Positions 52,018 through 64,000 of a DNA stretch of 64,000 nt are shown here, piece by piece. This stretch comes from Haliotis rufescens (taxonomy: Eukaryota), in NCBI RefSeq assembly GCF_023055435.1, contig NW_025964334.1, positions 37,634,001 to 37,698,000 on the forward strand, written 5' to 3'. The number at the start of each line of letters is the position of its first letter. Positions within the stretch are counted from its first letter, which is position 1. The notes under the pieces are model-generated. The model saw only the letters and a program-made list of their open reading frames with translations. It was not told the origin of the DNA and did not search any database. Made by a program: the position numbers and the translations under genes.

Positions 52018-52530
52018 GTAAGATAACAGTGTACAAGTGTACATATTCCTCACTGAAAGCTCAGATCTCAGGTTGGAATAGGCCTTCAGCAACCCATGCT
52101 TGTACTTGCGTAAGAGACAACTATGCATGTTGTATGAGGCGTCGTAACGGGATCGGGTGGTCAGACTCGCTGACTTGGTTGATGCTTGTCATCGTATCCA
52201 AACAACTCACAGCGGCGTTAAACTTACACATAAATTCCACCATGGATTTGGAAAATTGTCGTTTGTGATTGGTCATTAACAGGTTTCAAGCATTATAACT
52301 ACTTTTGATTGAAGCGGCTTATTTCCAGCATTAATTAACGCGGAGGTTAATATTTCGTTGGCCGTAACTCTTGACCCGAGAGGATCTGTGTTGGAATTGA
52401 TCTTCAGCTACCCATGCCTTTCGTAAGAGATGATCAACGAGAAACAAACAAACTTACTGATTATTTTGTTTAAAGTCCAAACGGTCTTAAACATGCATAT
52501 AATGATAATTATGCATTTTTTTGTTTTCAG

Positions 52531-52642
52531 GTGCGCGCTGTTTGGCTGCTTAATACCGTTCTGTATAAGCGACTTGAAGGACGCAAAGCACTCGTGTCCC
52601 AATTGCAAGCAGCTCGTTGGAAAGTTTTCTCAAATAGGTTGA
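52531..52642 (+). CDS. LITAF-like: LITAF-domain protein, terminal exon
   Basis: The acceptor TTTTCAG is in matching phase. CALFGCLIPFCISDLKDAKHSCPNCKQLVGKF contains HxCxxC. Confidence 0.92.
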
Positions 52643-53099
52643 AATAGTTTGAGATAATACTCGAGAAAGGGACCGTCACTGCTGGTTTGGTAAATGAGAC
52701 AAAACATATTTGCCATGTTACACAATAATCTGAACAGTGTCTTGGTGTCATGCTTGAACAGTCTCCAGGGAACCTAAAGATTGACCTCAGACTTGTGCAT
52801 CATGAACCTATTTCAGGTCACATGGCTTCTTCATCTGTCCATATATTGCTTGCGAGAGGCCTGTGTATATTTTTAACAAGTAGGATGTATCTGATAGAGA
52901 GGAAAATACTTTCACCGGAAGAGTGTCACAATGATGTTTTTTATTCATTAGAGTCGCTTCTTTTGCTTTGTGTATATACATATATTTTGCATGTTGAATT
53001 TCTCAATCAATATAAGTAACTATATGTAAGCCATTTGGGATATCAGGGTAGGATAGGTCCCAACCACGATGTTTGTCGTCAGAAGTGACAACATGAATC

Positions 53100-53250
53100 G
53101 GGTGGTCAGGCTGGGTGACTTGGTTGATTGCATACAACAGTCAGGCTGGGTGACTTGGTTGATTGCATACAACAGTCAGGCTGGGTTACTTGGTTGATTG
53201 CATACAACAGTCAGGCTGGGTGACTTGATTGAATGCATACAACAGTCAGG
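53100..53250 (+). repeat. 35-bp tandem repeat derived from the SINE A body
   Basis: GTCAGGCTGGGTGACTTGGTTGATTGCATACAACA x about 4, preceded by a decayed SINE A head at about 53045. Confidence 0.88.
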
Positions 53251-53959
53251 GTGTCACATGAGTCGGAACTGTCGGAGATAAAACCTGGAAATCTTACTGT
53301 CACTATTTGGTTTTTCATACGCCACCTCCTGGAAGACCTACCGTAGCCAAAGTAAAAAATTGCAAGTTGAATGATGTATTCCTTAAATGCGTCAAACCTT
53401 ATTACCTTGTTTAATTGTTTTAGATGGCCACAACGCTACACTTATGTTTGACTGAGAATGAATGAATGAAGAATGAATGAATGAATGAATGATATAGCTC
53501 CAGTTGGTTCGTTGTTTTCCTGTGTTGTGTTTGTACATACCATACTTATTTAGATGACACTGTACGTATGTTTAAAAAGAAACTAAATTTGTGTTATTCA
53601 TTCAGACGCTTGTAAATTTCAGTTGCAATAAACAATAATGAATATGTATGTTTTTATCATCATTTACACATGTTCAAACGAAACCGTCACTCTATCTAGA
53701 TATATATCCTGTAGTTTTCGCGCTTTATTTGTTAACAACTAGTACATAAGAAGCTAGATGAAAACAAATATGTTTGAACATTTTCTGTCTGTAAAACAGG
53801 CCATACACTGTGAGTGAGTTAATATTGTTTTACGTAACTGTCCGCTATATTCCAGCTATTTAACATCGACATGTAAATATGTAAATAAACTCACGCGAGC
53901 ATGTGCCAGGTCACGTGGACCGCTTCAGTCAGTCAGATCACACCATAGTGACCACCTGA

Positions 53960-54100
53960 TTGAGTGGAAAGAGGAAGGTCGGTGGTTCGATCCCCGGGCG
54001 CGTGATACCAAAGGACGTTAAACAATGATACTTGTTGTTGCCCTGCCTGTCGCTCAGCATTGAGGAGCTAAAACAAGGACTTGTCGGTTCGGAGTCAGAA
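53960..54100 (+). mobile_element. SINE family C fragment
   Basis: B box GGTTCGATCCC plus a body matching 27141-27492. Confidence 0.75.
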
Positions 54101-54302
54101 TTAAACATATTTTCACAGAGATGTGAAATACCTTCGGCCTATAAGGCCCATGAAACACACCTTTACCATAATAACACAGTACTAGCAACGTGCTAAAGTA
54201 CCAATAAGTGGTAAAACTATTGATTTAAAATATACATTCAGATATAAACATACCACAGTTTAGTTCAAATAAGTGTATTGATAGTCTAAGGACCAATGAC
54301 AG

Positions 54303-54536
54303 TTCAGCAACTCACGCTTGCCGTAAAAGGCGACAATGCATGTCTTAAGAGGCGACTAACGGGACAGGTGGTCAGGCTCGCTGACTTGGTTGATGAATGT
54401 CATTGTATCCCAATTGCGTGGATCGATGCTCATGATATTAATCACTGGACTGTCTTGTCCAGACTTGATTATTTACAGACCGCCGTTATATAGCTGGAAT
54501 ATTGCTGAGTGCGACGTAAAACAACAAACCAACCAA
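54303..54536 (+). mobile_element. SINE family A, 5'-truncated
   Basis: AAGAGGCGACTAACGGG..GGAATATTGCTGAGTGCGACG with a (CAAC)n tail, flanked by an ACCAATGACAG repeat. Confidence 0.88.
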
Positions 54537-55277
54537 TGACAGAGATGACATTTCCAACATTTCTGTTTCAATAATATTGTAATAGACGTGAATTGCTTCA
54601 AAATGTCTGTTTAGGAATACAAACTCTGAGTAACTGCTCACTAACATTCATGTTATATTGTTGATATTCTACAAATCAAATATGTTATTGGATTGTGTGA
54701 TGTGGATGCACACACACAGAAGAAACAAATGTAGTATGATCAGATAATTACTGACAAAAAGAGGTATCGATTGATTGTAGTGATGGATGAGACAAAAATG
54801 ACAATGTGTTTGAGATGATTTGATCAATAATTGGTCATTCACCCACGATTGGTCAAACATTCGTTATTACGACAGGGCACCGTCCGAATCAATCTCAAAA
54901 TGACGTCTTGCAGCGCCTGACCCAGTTTCCGATCATGTCACCGACGTACTTTATGGGGGAAGTCGGTACTCATGGCTGGCACTTGCATTCTGGAAACGTT
55001 TTCTTTCTGCTCGATGCAGTCTGTTGTCTCGTTAGTACTGTCCAGTGACCCTTCCAAGGACACCCTCCCCATTATAGACCCAACCATGACGTTCCTTAAG
55101 ACGCCACCAGACACGTCCACGCCTGTGCAGAAAGTCCGAAGTGAATCATCTGAAAACATTACACGAGACCATAGGCAATTCCCCCAGTTTCTACGTTCTA
55201 AACACCATTGGCGACTAAATGGAATGAGTCGATTTGTTAACGATGGTACAACACGTGGTCGCCGAGCTGCATGCAGT

Positions 55278-55440
55278 GAGTGAGTGAGTGAGTGAGTTTG
55301 GTTTTACGCCGCTTTTAGCAATATTCCAGCAATATCACGGCGGGGGACACCAGAAATGGGCTTCACACATTGTACCCATTCGAACCCGGGTCTTCGGCGT
55401 GACGAGCGAACGCTCTAACCACTAGGCTACCCGAGCGCCC
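55278..55440 (-). mobile_element. tRNA-derived SINE family B
   Basis: Reverse complement of the 11818 copy, with TSD CGAG(C/T)TGCATGCAG. Confidence 0.9.
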
Positions 55441-56115
55441 CGAGTTGCATGCAGACGATTTCTAATCGTGAATAGCACTCTAAACATTGTAGGGGTCATG
55501 TGGGTGTATATTTCATTTCTTACCCCAATCGGGGGCACAGTTGTCTGAGGCGGCGCGATTCGATGTGCAGAGTTGCGTCCCTTGGGCACGCGAGAAACCT
55601 ATGACGGTGGGTTCGAATCCCGGTTCGCCCCGATTATGTTTCTAGGTTTGTCAGCACCATACCCGTGCTCGTGGGTTTCACCGAAGTGGTAAACGTCTGA
55701 GACCTGCATCACTTCGGACTTTCCTCCCACATTAAGGTGACACGCCGTGATATAACTGGAATACTGTTAAAAGCTCACTCACTCACTCACTCACTCACAC
55801 CCCAGACTTCATAAAACCCACTTTCACTTGTATTTACCCCATATCACCCAACCATGGGTTTTTGTGTACAAAGTATTGCAGAAATGTTTGATGATTAGTT
55901 CGACATAATTAAACTTATCAAACTTCCTTCACTTTTCAGCTTCATCACAAAAGTCAAATGTATACTTTCTTTTGCCCATCAGTGACTTCTACTACATATA
56001 TTTGTTGCAAAGTCTTGATATTGAACATGTTGATGTATCTGGAGAATACCCATCTGACAGTATCAAAAGTAGGTCATGGTTACCTACTTTCTGGAGGTTG
56101 ATTTTTCTGTTTTGG

Positions 56116-59027
56116 GTATCTGCTACAAATACGACTTGTAGGTCTATATTTTTACAATATTTCATGTGAAGATGCCGAGCCCCGTGGTCGGGATTAAACT
56201 CCTTACCGCTTGGTCCGCTGGCAAAGAAGAAGTGCAGGAGATATAACCAACGTTTAATTATCGATATTTTTCACCGCTGAATTGTAAGACGATTGCATGT
56301 TAGTGTTGAAGTGTGATGCGGTCATGATTAGATTTCACAGTCTATATTTTAGGTTCATTATGCTATACGACTTAGGAACGACATAGGAACAATATATACT
56401 TGTCAGGTGAATTTGAGGCATGTCAAAATGGGCTTGGGACGGGGGCTGGTTTGTTTTTGCCGTGCATCGCAAACACCTTTCTAGTTGTAGGGAACGTTTC
56501 ACTTGGGACAGATAACATATTTCCGAGGTGTACGGCAGTAGAAAAGAGTTCCACGCGCATATAGGGGGGATGCAATGCTGAAGGTCGGGGCCACGTTTCA
56601 CAAAGTAGCCCCAGCACTACAGTTATCATAAGTCAACTTCATTAACATGGTCGGTGAAACAAGGCGATTGTACCCATCGTATCAACTTTTATCTCTCGAT
56701 TCCAGCCCATGCACATATGCAACTGTTTATGGGGACAAACGTACTAAATTTAATTTAAACTGAATCCGTTAGCGTGTGGTTTTAAATGAAAACGTCGGAG
56801 GTATTAAATGACGATAACCTGTCTCTAAATTGTAAACGAAGTACGTTTATCTCTATACTACTATGACGAATTTACGAACGATTTTATAAGGAACTCTCTC
56901 ATTGTGTAGCCTCGATGTGTGATGCGGTCACTGCCTTCTACGACAGTTATGAAAAGAGGTTTAGGATTTTGTCCACAAGCTAAATGAAACAAAGTACATA
57001 TCAAAGCAAAAGAAGTAACATTAAATGTGTTTAATTCAAGATTTATAAATGGGCGTTAAGTGATTTTCCATCAATTTTCGGAACATACACCATCAATTAA
57101 GCCATACGCCTCCATCACATATTTGGTTTCCGCCTGATCGGCCTGCATTGTGATGCTAGCATTATCGTTGTGACGCTAGTATTATCAGTGTGACGCTGGT
57201 ATTATCATTGTGACGCTGGTATTATCATTGTGAAGCTAGTATTATCATTGTGACGCTGGTATTATCACCGTGATGCTTGTATTATCATTGTGACGCTGGT
57301 ATTATCATTGTGACGCAAGTATTATCATTGTGACGCTGGTATTATCATTGTGCCGCTTGTATTATCATTGTGACACTAGTATTGTCATTGTGACGCTAGT
57401 ATTTTCATTGATACGCTAGTATTATCAGTGTGACGCTGGTATTATCATTTTGAAGCTAGTATTATCATTGTGACGCTGGTATTATCATTGTGACGCTAGT
57501 ATTATCATTGCAACTCTGGTATTATCATTGTGACGCTAGTATTATCATTGTGACGCTTGTGTTATCATTGTGTATCTGCTACAAATACGACTTGTAGGTC
57601 TATATTTTTACAATATTTCATGTGAAGATGCCGAGCCCCGTGGTCGGGATTAAACTCCTTACCGCTTGGTCCGCTGGCAAAGAAGAAGTGCAGGAGATAT
57701 AACCAACGTTTAATTATCGATATTTTTCACCGCTGAATTGTAAGACGATTGCATGTTAGTGTTGAAGTGTGATGCGGTCATGATTAGATTTCACAGTCTA
57801 TATTTTAGGTTCATTATGCTATACGACTTAGGAACGACATAGGAACAATATATACTTGTCAGGTGAATTTGAGGCATGTCAAAATGGGCTTGGGACGGGG
57901 GCTGGTTTGTTTTTGCCGTGCATCGCAAACACCTTTCTAGTTGTAGGGAACGTTTCACTTGGGACAGATAACATATTTCCGAGGTGTACGGCAGTAGAAA
58001 AGAGTTCCACGCGCATATAGGGGGGATGCAATGCTGAAGGTCGGGGCCACGTTTCACAAAGTAGCCCCAGCACTACAGTTATCATAAGTCAACTTCATTA
58101 ACATGGTCGGTGAAACAAGGCGATTGTACCCATCGTATCAACTTTTATCTCTCGATTCCAGCCCATGCACATATGCAACTGTTTATGGGGACAAACGTAC
58201 TAAATTTAATTTAAACTGAATCCGTTAGCGTGTGGTTTTAAATGAAAACGTCGGAGGTATTAAATGACGATAACCTGTCTCTAAATTGTAAACGAAGTAC
58301 GTTTATCTCTATACTACTATGACGAATTTACGAACGATTTTATAAGGAACTCTCTCATTGTGTAGCCTCGATGTGTGATGCGGTCACTGCCTTCTACGAC
58401 AGTTATGAAAAGAGGTTTAGGATTTTGTCCACAAGCTAAATGAAACAAAGTACATATCAAAGCAAAAGAAGTAACATTAAATGTGTTTAATTCAAGATTT
58501 ATAAATGGGCGTTAAGTGATTTTCCATCAATTTTCGGAACATACACCATCAATTAAGCCATACGCCTCCATCACATATTTGGTTTCCGCCTGATCGGCCT
58601 GCATTGTGATGCTAGCATTATCGTTGTGACGCTAGTATTATCAGTGTGACGCTGGTATTATCATTGTGACGCTGGTATTATCATTGTGAAGCTAGTATTA
58701 TCATTGTGACGCTGGTATTATCACCGTGATGCTTGTATTATCATTGTGACGCTGGTATTATCATTGTGACGCAAGTATTATCATTGTGACGCTGGTATTA
58801 TCATTGTGCCGCTTGTATTATCATTGTGACACTAGTATTGTCATTGTGACGCTAGTATTTTCATTGATACGCTAGTATTATCAGTGTGACGCTGGTATTA
58901 TCATTTTGAAGCTAGTATTATCATTGTGACGCTGGTATTATCATTGTGACGCTAGTATTATCATTGCAACTCTGGTATTATCATTGTGACGCTAGTATTA
59001 TCATTGTGACGCTTGTGTTATCATTGT
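56116..59027. repeat. Tandem duplication of a 1456-bp unit (56116-57571, 57572-59027)
   Basis: Identical ORF translations offset by 1456 bp and identical order of minisatellite variants. Confidence 0.97.
57146..57571. repeat. 20-bp minisatellite ATTATCATTGTGACGCT(G/A)GT
   Basis: About 21 tandem units. Confidence 0.97.
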
Positions 59028-59290
59028 GACGCTAGTATTATCATTGACGACTCTTGTATTATCATTGTGACGCTTGTATTATTATTTCCTCCCACATTAA
59101 GCTGACACGCCGCGATATAACTGGAATACTGTTAAAAGCAGCGTTAAACCCAACTCACTCACACTCAGGCTAGTATTATCATTGTGACGCTAGTATTATC
59201 ATTTGTGACGCTAGTATTATCATTGTGACGCTAGTATTATCATTTGCGACGCTAGTATTATCATTGTGACGCTAGTATTATCATTGTGAT
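58602..59290. repeat. 20-bp minisatellite, second array, interrupted by a SINE 3' end at about 59086-59167
   Basis: Same unit as 57146-57571. The insert matches 55720-55800. Confidence 0.93.
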
Positions 59291-59778
59291 TTCGCAACAT
59301 ACAAAAGTAATGACACCATACCATTGTGACTGTAAACATAACGTCAAAGTGCGCAACACTTCCCGCCAAATGCATTATTTCGCAGGACGTATCTGGTTTA
59401 ATTTGATGATACATCAAAATAAAATATTTTAAGAGTGTTTTCATAAACATGTCTTCGCTTATGTTTGATGAAATCAACGTTTAAAAAGTGCTACCGCCTG
59501 CTGTCTGTTAAGTAGTGCGATTCATTGATACTTTCATACGCCGAATCAGAAACAAAAACTAACTTAATATACTACCCCTGATTGCAGTTGACTGACCAAT
59601 CAGAATCGAGTATCTAGTACAGTCATGGTAGAATATATTGTTGAAAGGGTGGTAATCCCTAATCACCTCATCAATCCACCCTCGTGGGTGATAATGCAGA
59701 ACGATTTTCAGAACAAGGGAAAAGTTAGCAAAGCTCACATACCCCGGCCTGCAGCTCTCCATAGCAACCAAATACATA

Positions 59779-60842
59779 TATTGAAAACAAATATGTTCCT
59801 AGTTTGTGACAGCATTCGGTATGAATGCGTAATGATGGGCACACTGAATGGAAGGTATGGAATTCACAAATTGAGAGCATTTGACTGTTTATATGTACGT
59901 ACATGGCAGATGCAGTCAACACTTTTTCATAGTTATGTCAAAGATCTTGGATTTGGGGGTTTGCAAGTGTTATAAACCAATTTCAATTTCTGCTTGGGAA
60001 TTAAGTGTGTGTGTCAAAATGTTTCTTGCCAAATACAAAATGATGTTTTAGTTCTGCTCTTGATATGTGTAAGTTTCAGAAATCCTTAATAGCAAACAAC
60101 ACCTTACTAGAAATAGGCTGATATATGTATAAAGTTAAACTGTAAAAAATACTTGAACTTTTTTAAGTTATGTTTTAGAAATTACGCTTATAGCCAAAAT
60201 GAGTCACGTTTCCATGGCAACTGAAGCAAATAAAAACATCAAATATATCCTATATCAAAAGGCATCACTCCTGTACTTGACTGATCCGTGTACCAAGTTT
60301 GGTTAAAATATATTAAACGTTTTTCAAGTTCTTCTCCGGAAATGAACCTTACCCAACAAAATGAGAAAACGAAAAAATATAAACATCAAATATACCTAAT
60401 AGGAAAGGCCCCACTCTTGTATTTGACTGATCCGTTTACTAAGTTTTGGTTAAAACATATTCAATGGTTTTCGAGTTCTGCTCAAGAAACGAAAGTGTGA
60501 CTGGCGGACAGACAGACGGACGGGCGGCCAAACCTTTATAACCTCCGACAAAATTTCTTCGATCTCCTGCACCTGCGATATTTGACTGCACAAAACACAA
60601 AACTCCGGTTATCTTCACAGAAAATAAGCAAACGAAAATTTATTTTAACAGAACATGAAAAAGAATAGGCTTACAAAAAATTGTGAAAAAATATATATAA
60701 AATCTGTTCAAAAGTTACACGGAAAATTATCTTTTGCGTGAAATTAATGTTCAATAAAACAAATAAGGCAAATCAGGTTATATTGTGTAATTTAACCATG
60801 CCATTGTGTCGGTCCCTTTTATCTTACTCGTGGTGTATCATC
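59779..60842 (+). repeat. Left arm of a ~1.06-kb inverted repeat, containing a Helentron/HINE-like segment
   Basis: Reverse complement of about 62520-63582. Contains subrepeats TACCAAGTTTGGTTAAAA and GGACAGACAGACGGACGG..TATAACCTCC. Confidence 0.9.
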
Positions 60843-61034
60843 CTAGTTTCACCACGTGCTTGTCTGCTGCGTCGAAACATGACACTGATTGACCGATTTA
60901 AGCCACACACTTCATTTCTTGGAAATAGGGATCTTTCAAATGTATTAATGTCAACAATTTTGCACATGATGAACAAAGTAAGATCGGTGACAAATTAATA
61001 TTTATTAGAGCTGAAAATATTCTCATTTAACATA

Positions 61035-61265
61035 GGCAAAGTAGACAATTTATTGATAACAATTTCTTTAATTAAGGTAAAGGCGACGTTTAGGTATAGA
61101 ACCGTATACCGTTGTCAAGCATCCTTACTGCAGCATCGCACACTGTCCTCATTTTGTGTAGAACTGTTCTTCATCGCAGAGAATATGCCGAGCCCCCTGG
61201 TCGGGATCGAACTCCTGACCGCTTGGTCCGCAGGCAAGAAGCGCTATCACGCCCCCAAGTAGCAA
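61035..61265 (-). mobile_element. Short element with a tRNA-like head and a 3' hammerhead-like module
   Basis: B box GAGTTCGATCC at about 61205-61215 and an HHR-like motif at 61077-61128. 61035-61120 is homologous to 40229-40320. Confidence 0.55.
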
Positions 61266-62519
61266 GGAAGAGGAAGAAGTGTAGGAGATATAACCAACGT
61301 TTAATTATCGATATTTTTCACCGCTGAATTGTAAGACGATTGCATGTTAGTGTTGAAGTGTGATGCGGTCATGATTAGATTTCACAGTTTATAATTTAGG
61401 ATCATTATTCAACGTTGACTAAGACCCCGAAGGGCGTTGGAACATGGGCCGGTTCATGATAAGGGTCATTATTCAACTGTTTGGGTTCATTTTTCAACGT
61501 TGAAAACAGAACCGGTTCATTTCTCATGGCGGGTAGAAATTCAACGTTACACCGGCGATCGAGTCAGAATTTACCATCTGGGACCTGGAAAAATTACTGA
61601 GATAATGTTGTTATTATCAAAACAATAGTTTAACATAATCGACAATCAGTGTCTTTCAGCGGCGAAGCTGGGGCCATTCACAAGTGTAGGCAACTTTGGA
61701 GATATAAATTGCTTAATTTAGAGCGGACACTAGCGGGATCAGTTTCCAGGTAGGTCCAGGCTTGTTGACCTCTGCGGCCGGGATCATTCTCGAATTCAAC
61801 GGTTTGTCCTGTGTTCGCTGGGTATTCTGTTACTGTTACACGCTGTAACTTATTTAACTTCAAAATGGCTTAGAGGGAGTATGGTGTACATGCTGTAAAT
61901 ATTGGAATGTGACGACTTCCAAATTTAAACTTTAAATTTACCCAGAAATCTATTCGTGAAAGTATTCAGCGTGAAAGCAACAAACCACAAAGAAATGGCA
62001 TACTACTTACAATTGTATCATAAAATGAACTATGTTTACAATCAATACAAATTACTGCAAAGTTATTACAATGGCAGTTCACAGTATAGTGCCAGTACAA
62101 AATGCATTAGTAATACAAGGACAAGGACAGAATGAAATATGAGAGCAGTGGTAATAATATTCACTTGGCAGCAACAGTGGTCAAGCTTCTAATATAGACC
62201 TAGACGGGATATCCAGGCTGAAAACAACGCTCTTCACACAAAAGCTGGCCATGATGTAATGTGAGATGATATAGTCATGCGATAGCCTCACTTACATAGT
62301 CTAAATATATCCCAGAGTCTTCTAAACAGCGTTGGACTAGTCTAGTAGTACTAGAACATTCCAGAAGAGTGACCCCGCACGCATCTCAGTATAGTCACTT
62401 CCACACCACTGCTTACATTAGATAGTACTACATTCCTGACAACCAATCATTGTCAAAACACAATGCAGTCAGATGTCCCGAACACACAAAAGTAGGCCAA
62501 TTCAAACTGTTGAATTCGA

Positions 62520-63582
62520 GAATGACACAGCACGAGTAAGATAAAAGGGACCGACATAATGGCATGGTTAAATTACACAATATAACCTGATTTGCCTTTT
62601 TTGTTTTATTGTACATTAATTTCACACAAACGATAATTTTCCGTGTAACTTTTCAACAGATTATATTTTCACATTTTTTGTAAGCCTACCCTTTTTCATG
62701 TTCTGTTAAAATTAATTTTCGTTTGCTTATTTTCTGTGAAGATAACCGGAGTTTTGTTATTTTTGAGCAGGCAAATATTGCAGGTGCAGGACATCAAAGA
62801 AATTTTGTCGGAGGTTATAAAGGTTTGGCCGTCCGTCCGTGTGTCTGTCTGTCACTTTTGTTTCCGGAGCAAAAACCATTGAATATGTTTTAACCAAAAC
62901 TTAGTAAACGGATCAGTCAAGTACAAAAGTGGTGCCCTTTCCTTTTTAGGTATATTTGATGTATGTATTTCTTCGGTTTTCATTGAAAATTTGACTCATT
63001 TTGTGGGGTAAGGTTCATTTTCGGAGAAGAACTTGAAAAAACGTTTGATATGTTTTAACCAAACTTGGTACACGGATCAGTCAAGTACAGGAGTGGTGCC
63101 TTTTGCTATAGGGTATATTTGATGTTTTTGTTTGTTTCAGTTGCCATGGAAACGTGACTAATTTTGGCTATAAGCGTAATTTCTAAAACATAACTTACAA
63201 AAGTTTAAGTATTTTTTTACAGTTTAACTTTATTCATATATCAGCCTAATTCTAGAAAGGTGTTGTTTGCTATTAAGGATTTCTGAAACTTACACATATC
63301 AAGAGCAGAACTAAAACATCATTTTGTATTTGGCAAGAAACATTTTAACACACAACTAAATTCCTAAGCAGAAATTGAAATTGGTTTATAACACTTGCAG
63401 GCCCCCAAATCCAAGATCTTTGACATAACTATGAAAAAGTGTTGACTGCATCTGCCATGTACGTACATATAAACAGTCAAATGCTCTCAATTTGTGAATT
63501 CCATACCTTCCATTCAGTGTGCCCATCATTACGCATTCATACCGAATGCTGTCACAAACTAGGAACATATTTGTTTTCAATA
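62520..63582 (-). repeat. Right arm of the ~1.06-kb inverted repeat
   Basis: The ORF peptide KTNMFLVCDSIRYEC..GGLQVL is identical on opposite strands. Confidence 0.9.
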
Positions 63583-64000
63583 TAGACAGACAGACAGACA
63601 GACAGACTGTTTATTTGAGTCTCACCTCACAGAAATAATTACATAAATACATATAAAAGGACATAAAAGTGAGCCACCCGTTAAGGGTTACGAGAGACTT
63701 AAAATGTATCACATGTATGTACAGCATAAATATATTGGTGTAAAAGGGGTATGAAAATATACCACCCGTAACTAGCCATATAAAATAATTTTTCTTCGTT
63801 GGAGAATAAAAAAGCAGGTTTTGGCTGTAAAATATACATAATATTTAAAAAGTACAATAAGTTTATCCGTATTGCATAACTCTAGAAGGTTGGGATAGCT
63901 AAAACTCACCTTTTCGTATAAACTTTCACGCAAATCATCGTACACAGGGCAATCAAGTAATACATGACATTCATCTTCAATACTTTCCTTACACTGAAAA
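63583..64000 (-). mobile_element. CR1/L2-group LINE 3' end with (CTGT)n tail
   Basis: CKESIEDECHVLLDCPVYDDLRESL on the minus strand, with (GACA)n at 63584-63607. Confidence 0.8.

Noticed and set aside
51801-52268. 155-aa Pro/Ser-rich ORF
   Set aside because: It is an alternative frame over the LITAF exon, running into intron and SINE sequence.
57146-59290. CRISPR-like array
   Set aside because: It is a contiguous 20-bp minisatellite with no spacers.

Overview
This is AT-rich, intron-containing animal genomic DNA. The SINE, Helentron and LINE repertoire suggests a mollusc, possibly a gastropod such as abalone (inference). Most of the window is decayed or nested transposable elements: Tc1 x5, mariner, MULE x2, DIRS x2, Penelope, R4/Dong, CR1/L2-type and I-group LINEs, three SINE families and several minisatellites. 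Two host genes are supported: a two-exon type II membrane SGNH/PC-esterase-like protein (39221-42206) and a LITAF-domain gene (exons 51849-52017, 52531-52642). The most notable items are: (1) a young 9.2-kb DNA transposon (25487-34681) with 368-bp near-identical TIRs, a 4-bp TSD, a decayed GHTHED-type (Sola-like) transposase and spliced cargo; (2) a non-tRNA SINE whose precise 5' end can fold into a pseudoknotted RNA, a candidate ribozyme; (3) minimal U3-A8 hammerhead-like motifs, one downstream of a tRNA-like head; (4) an apparently exact 1456-bp tandem duplication and a ~1.06-kb inverted repeat. All calls were made by eye with no database searches, and boundaries of decayed elements are approximate.
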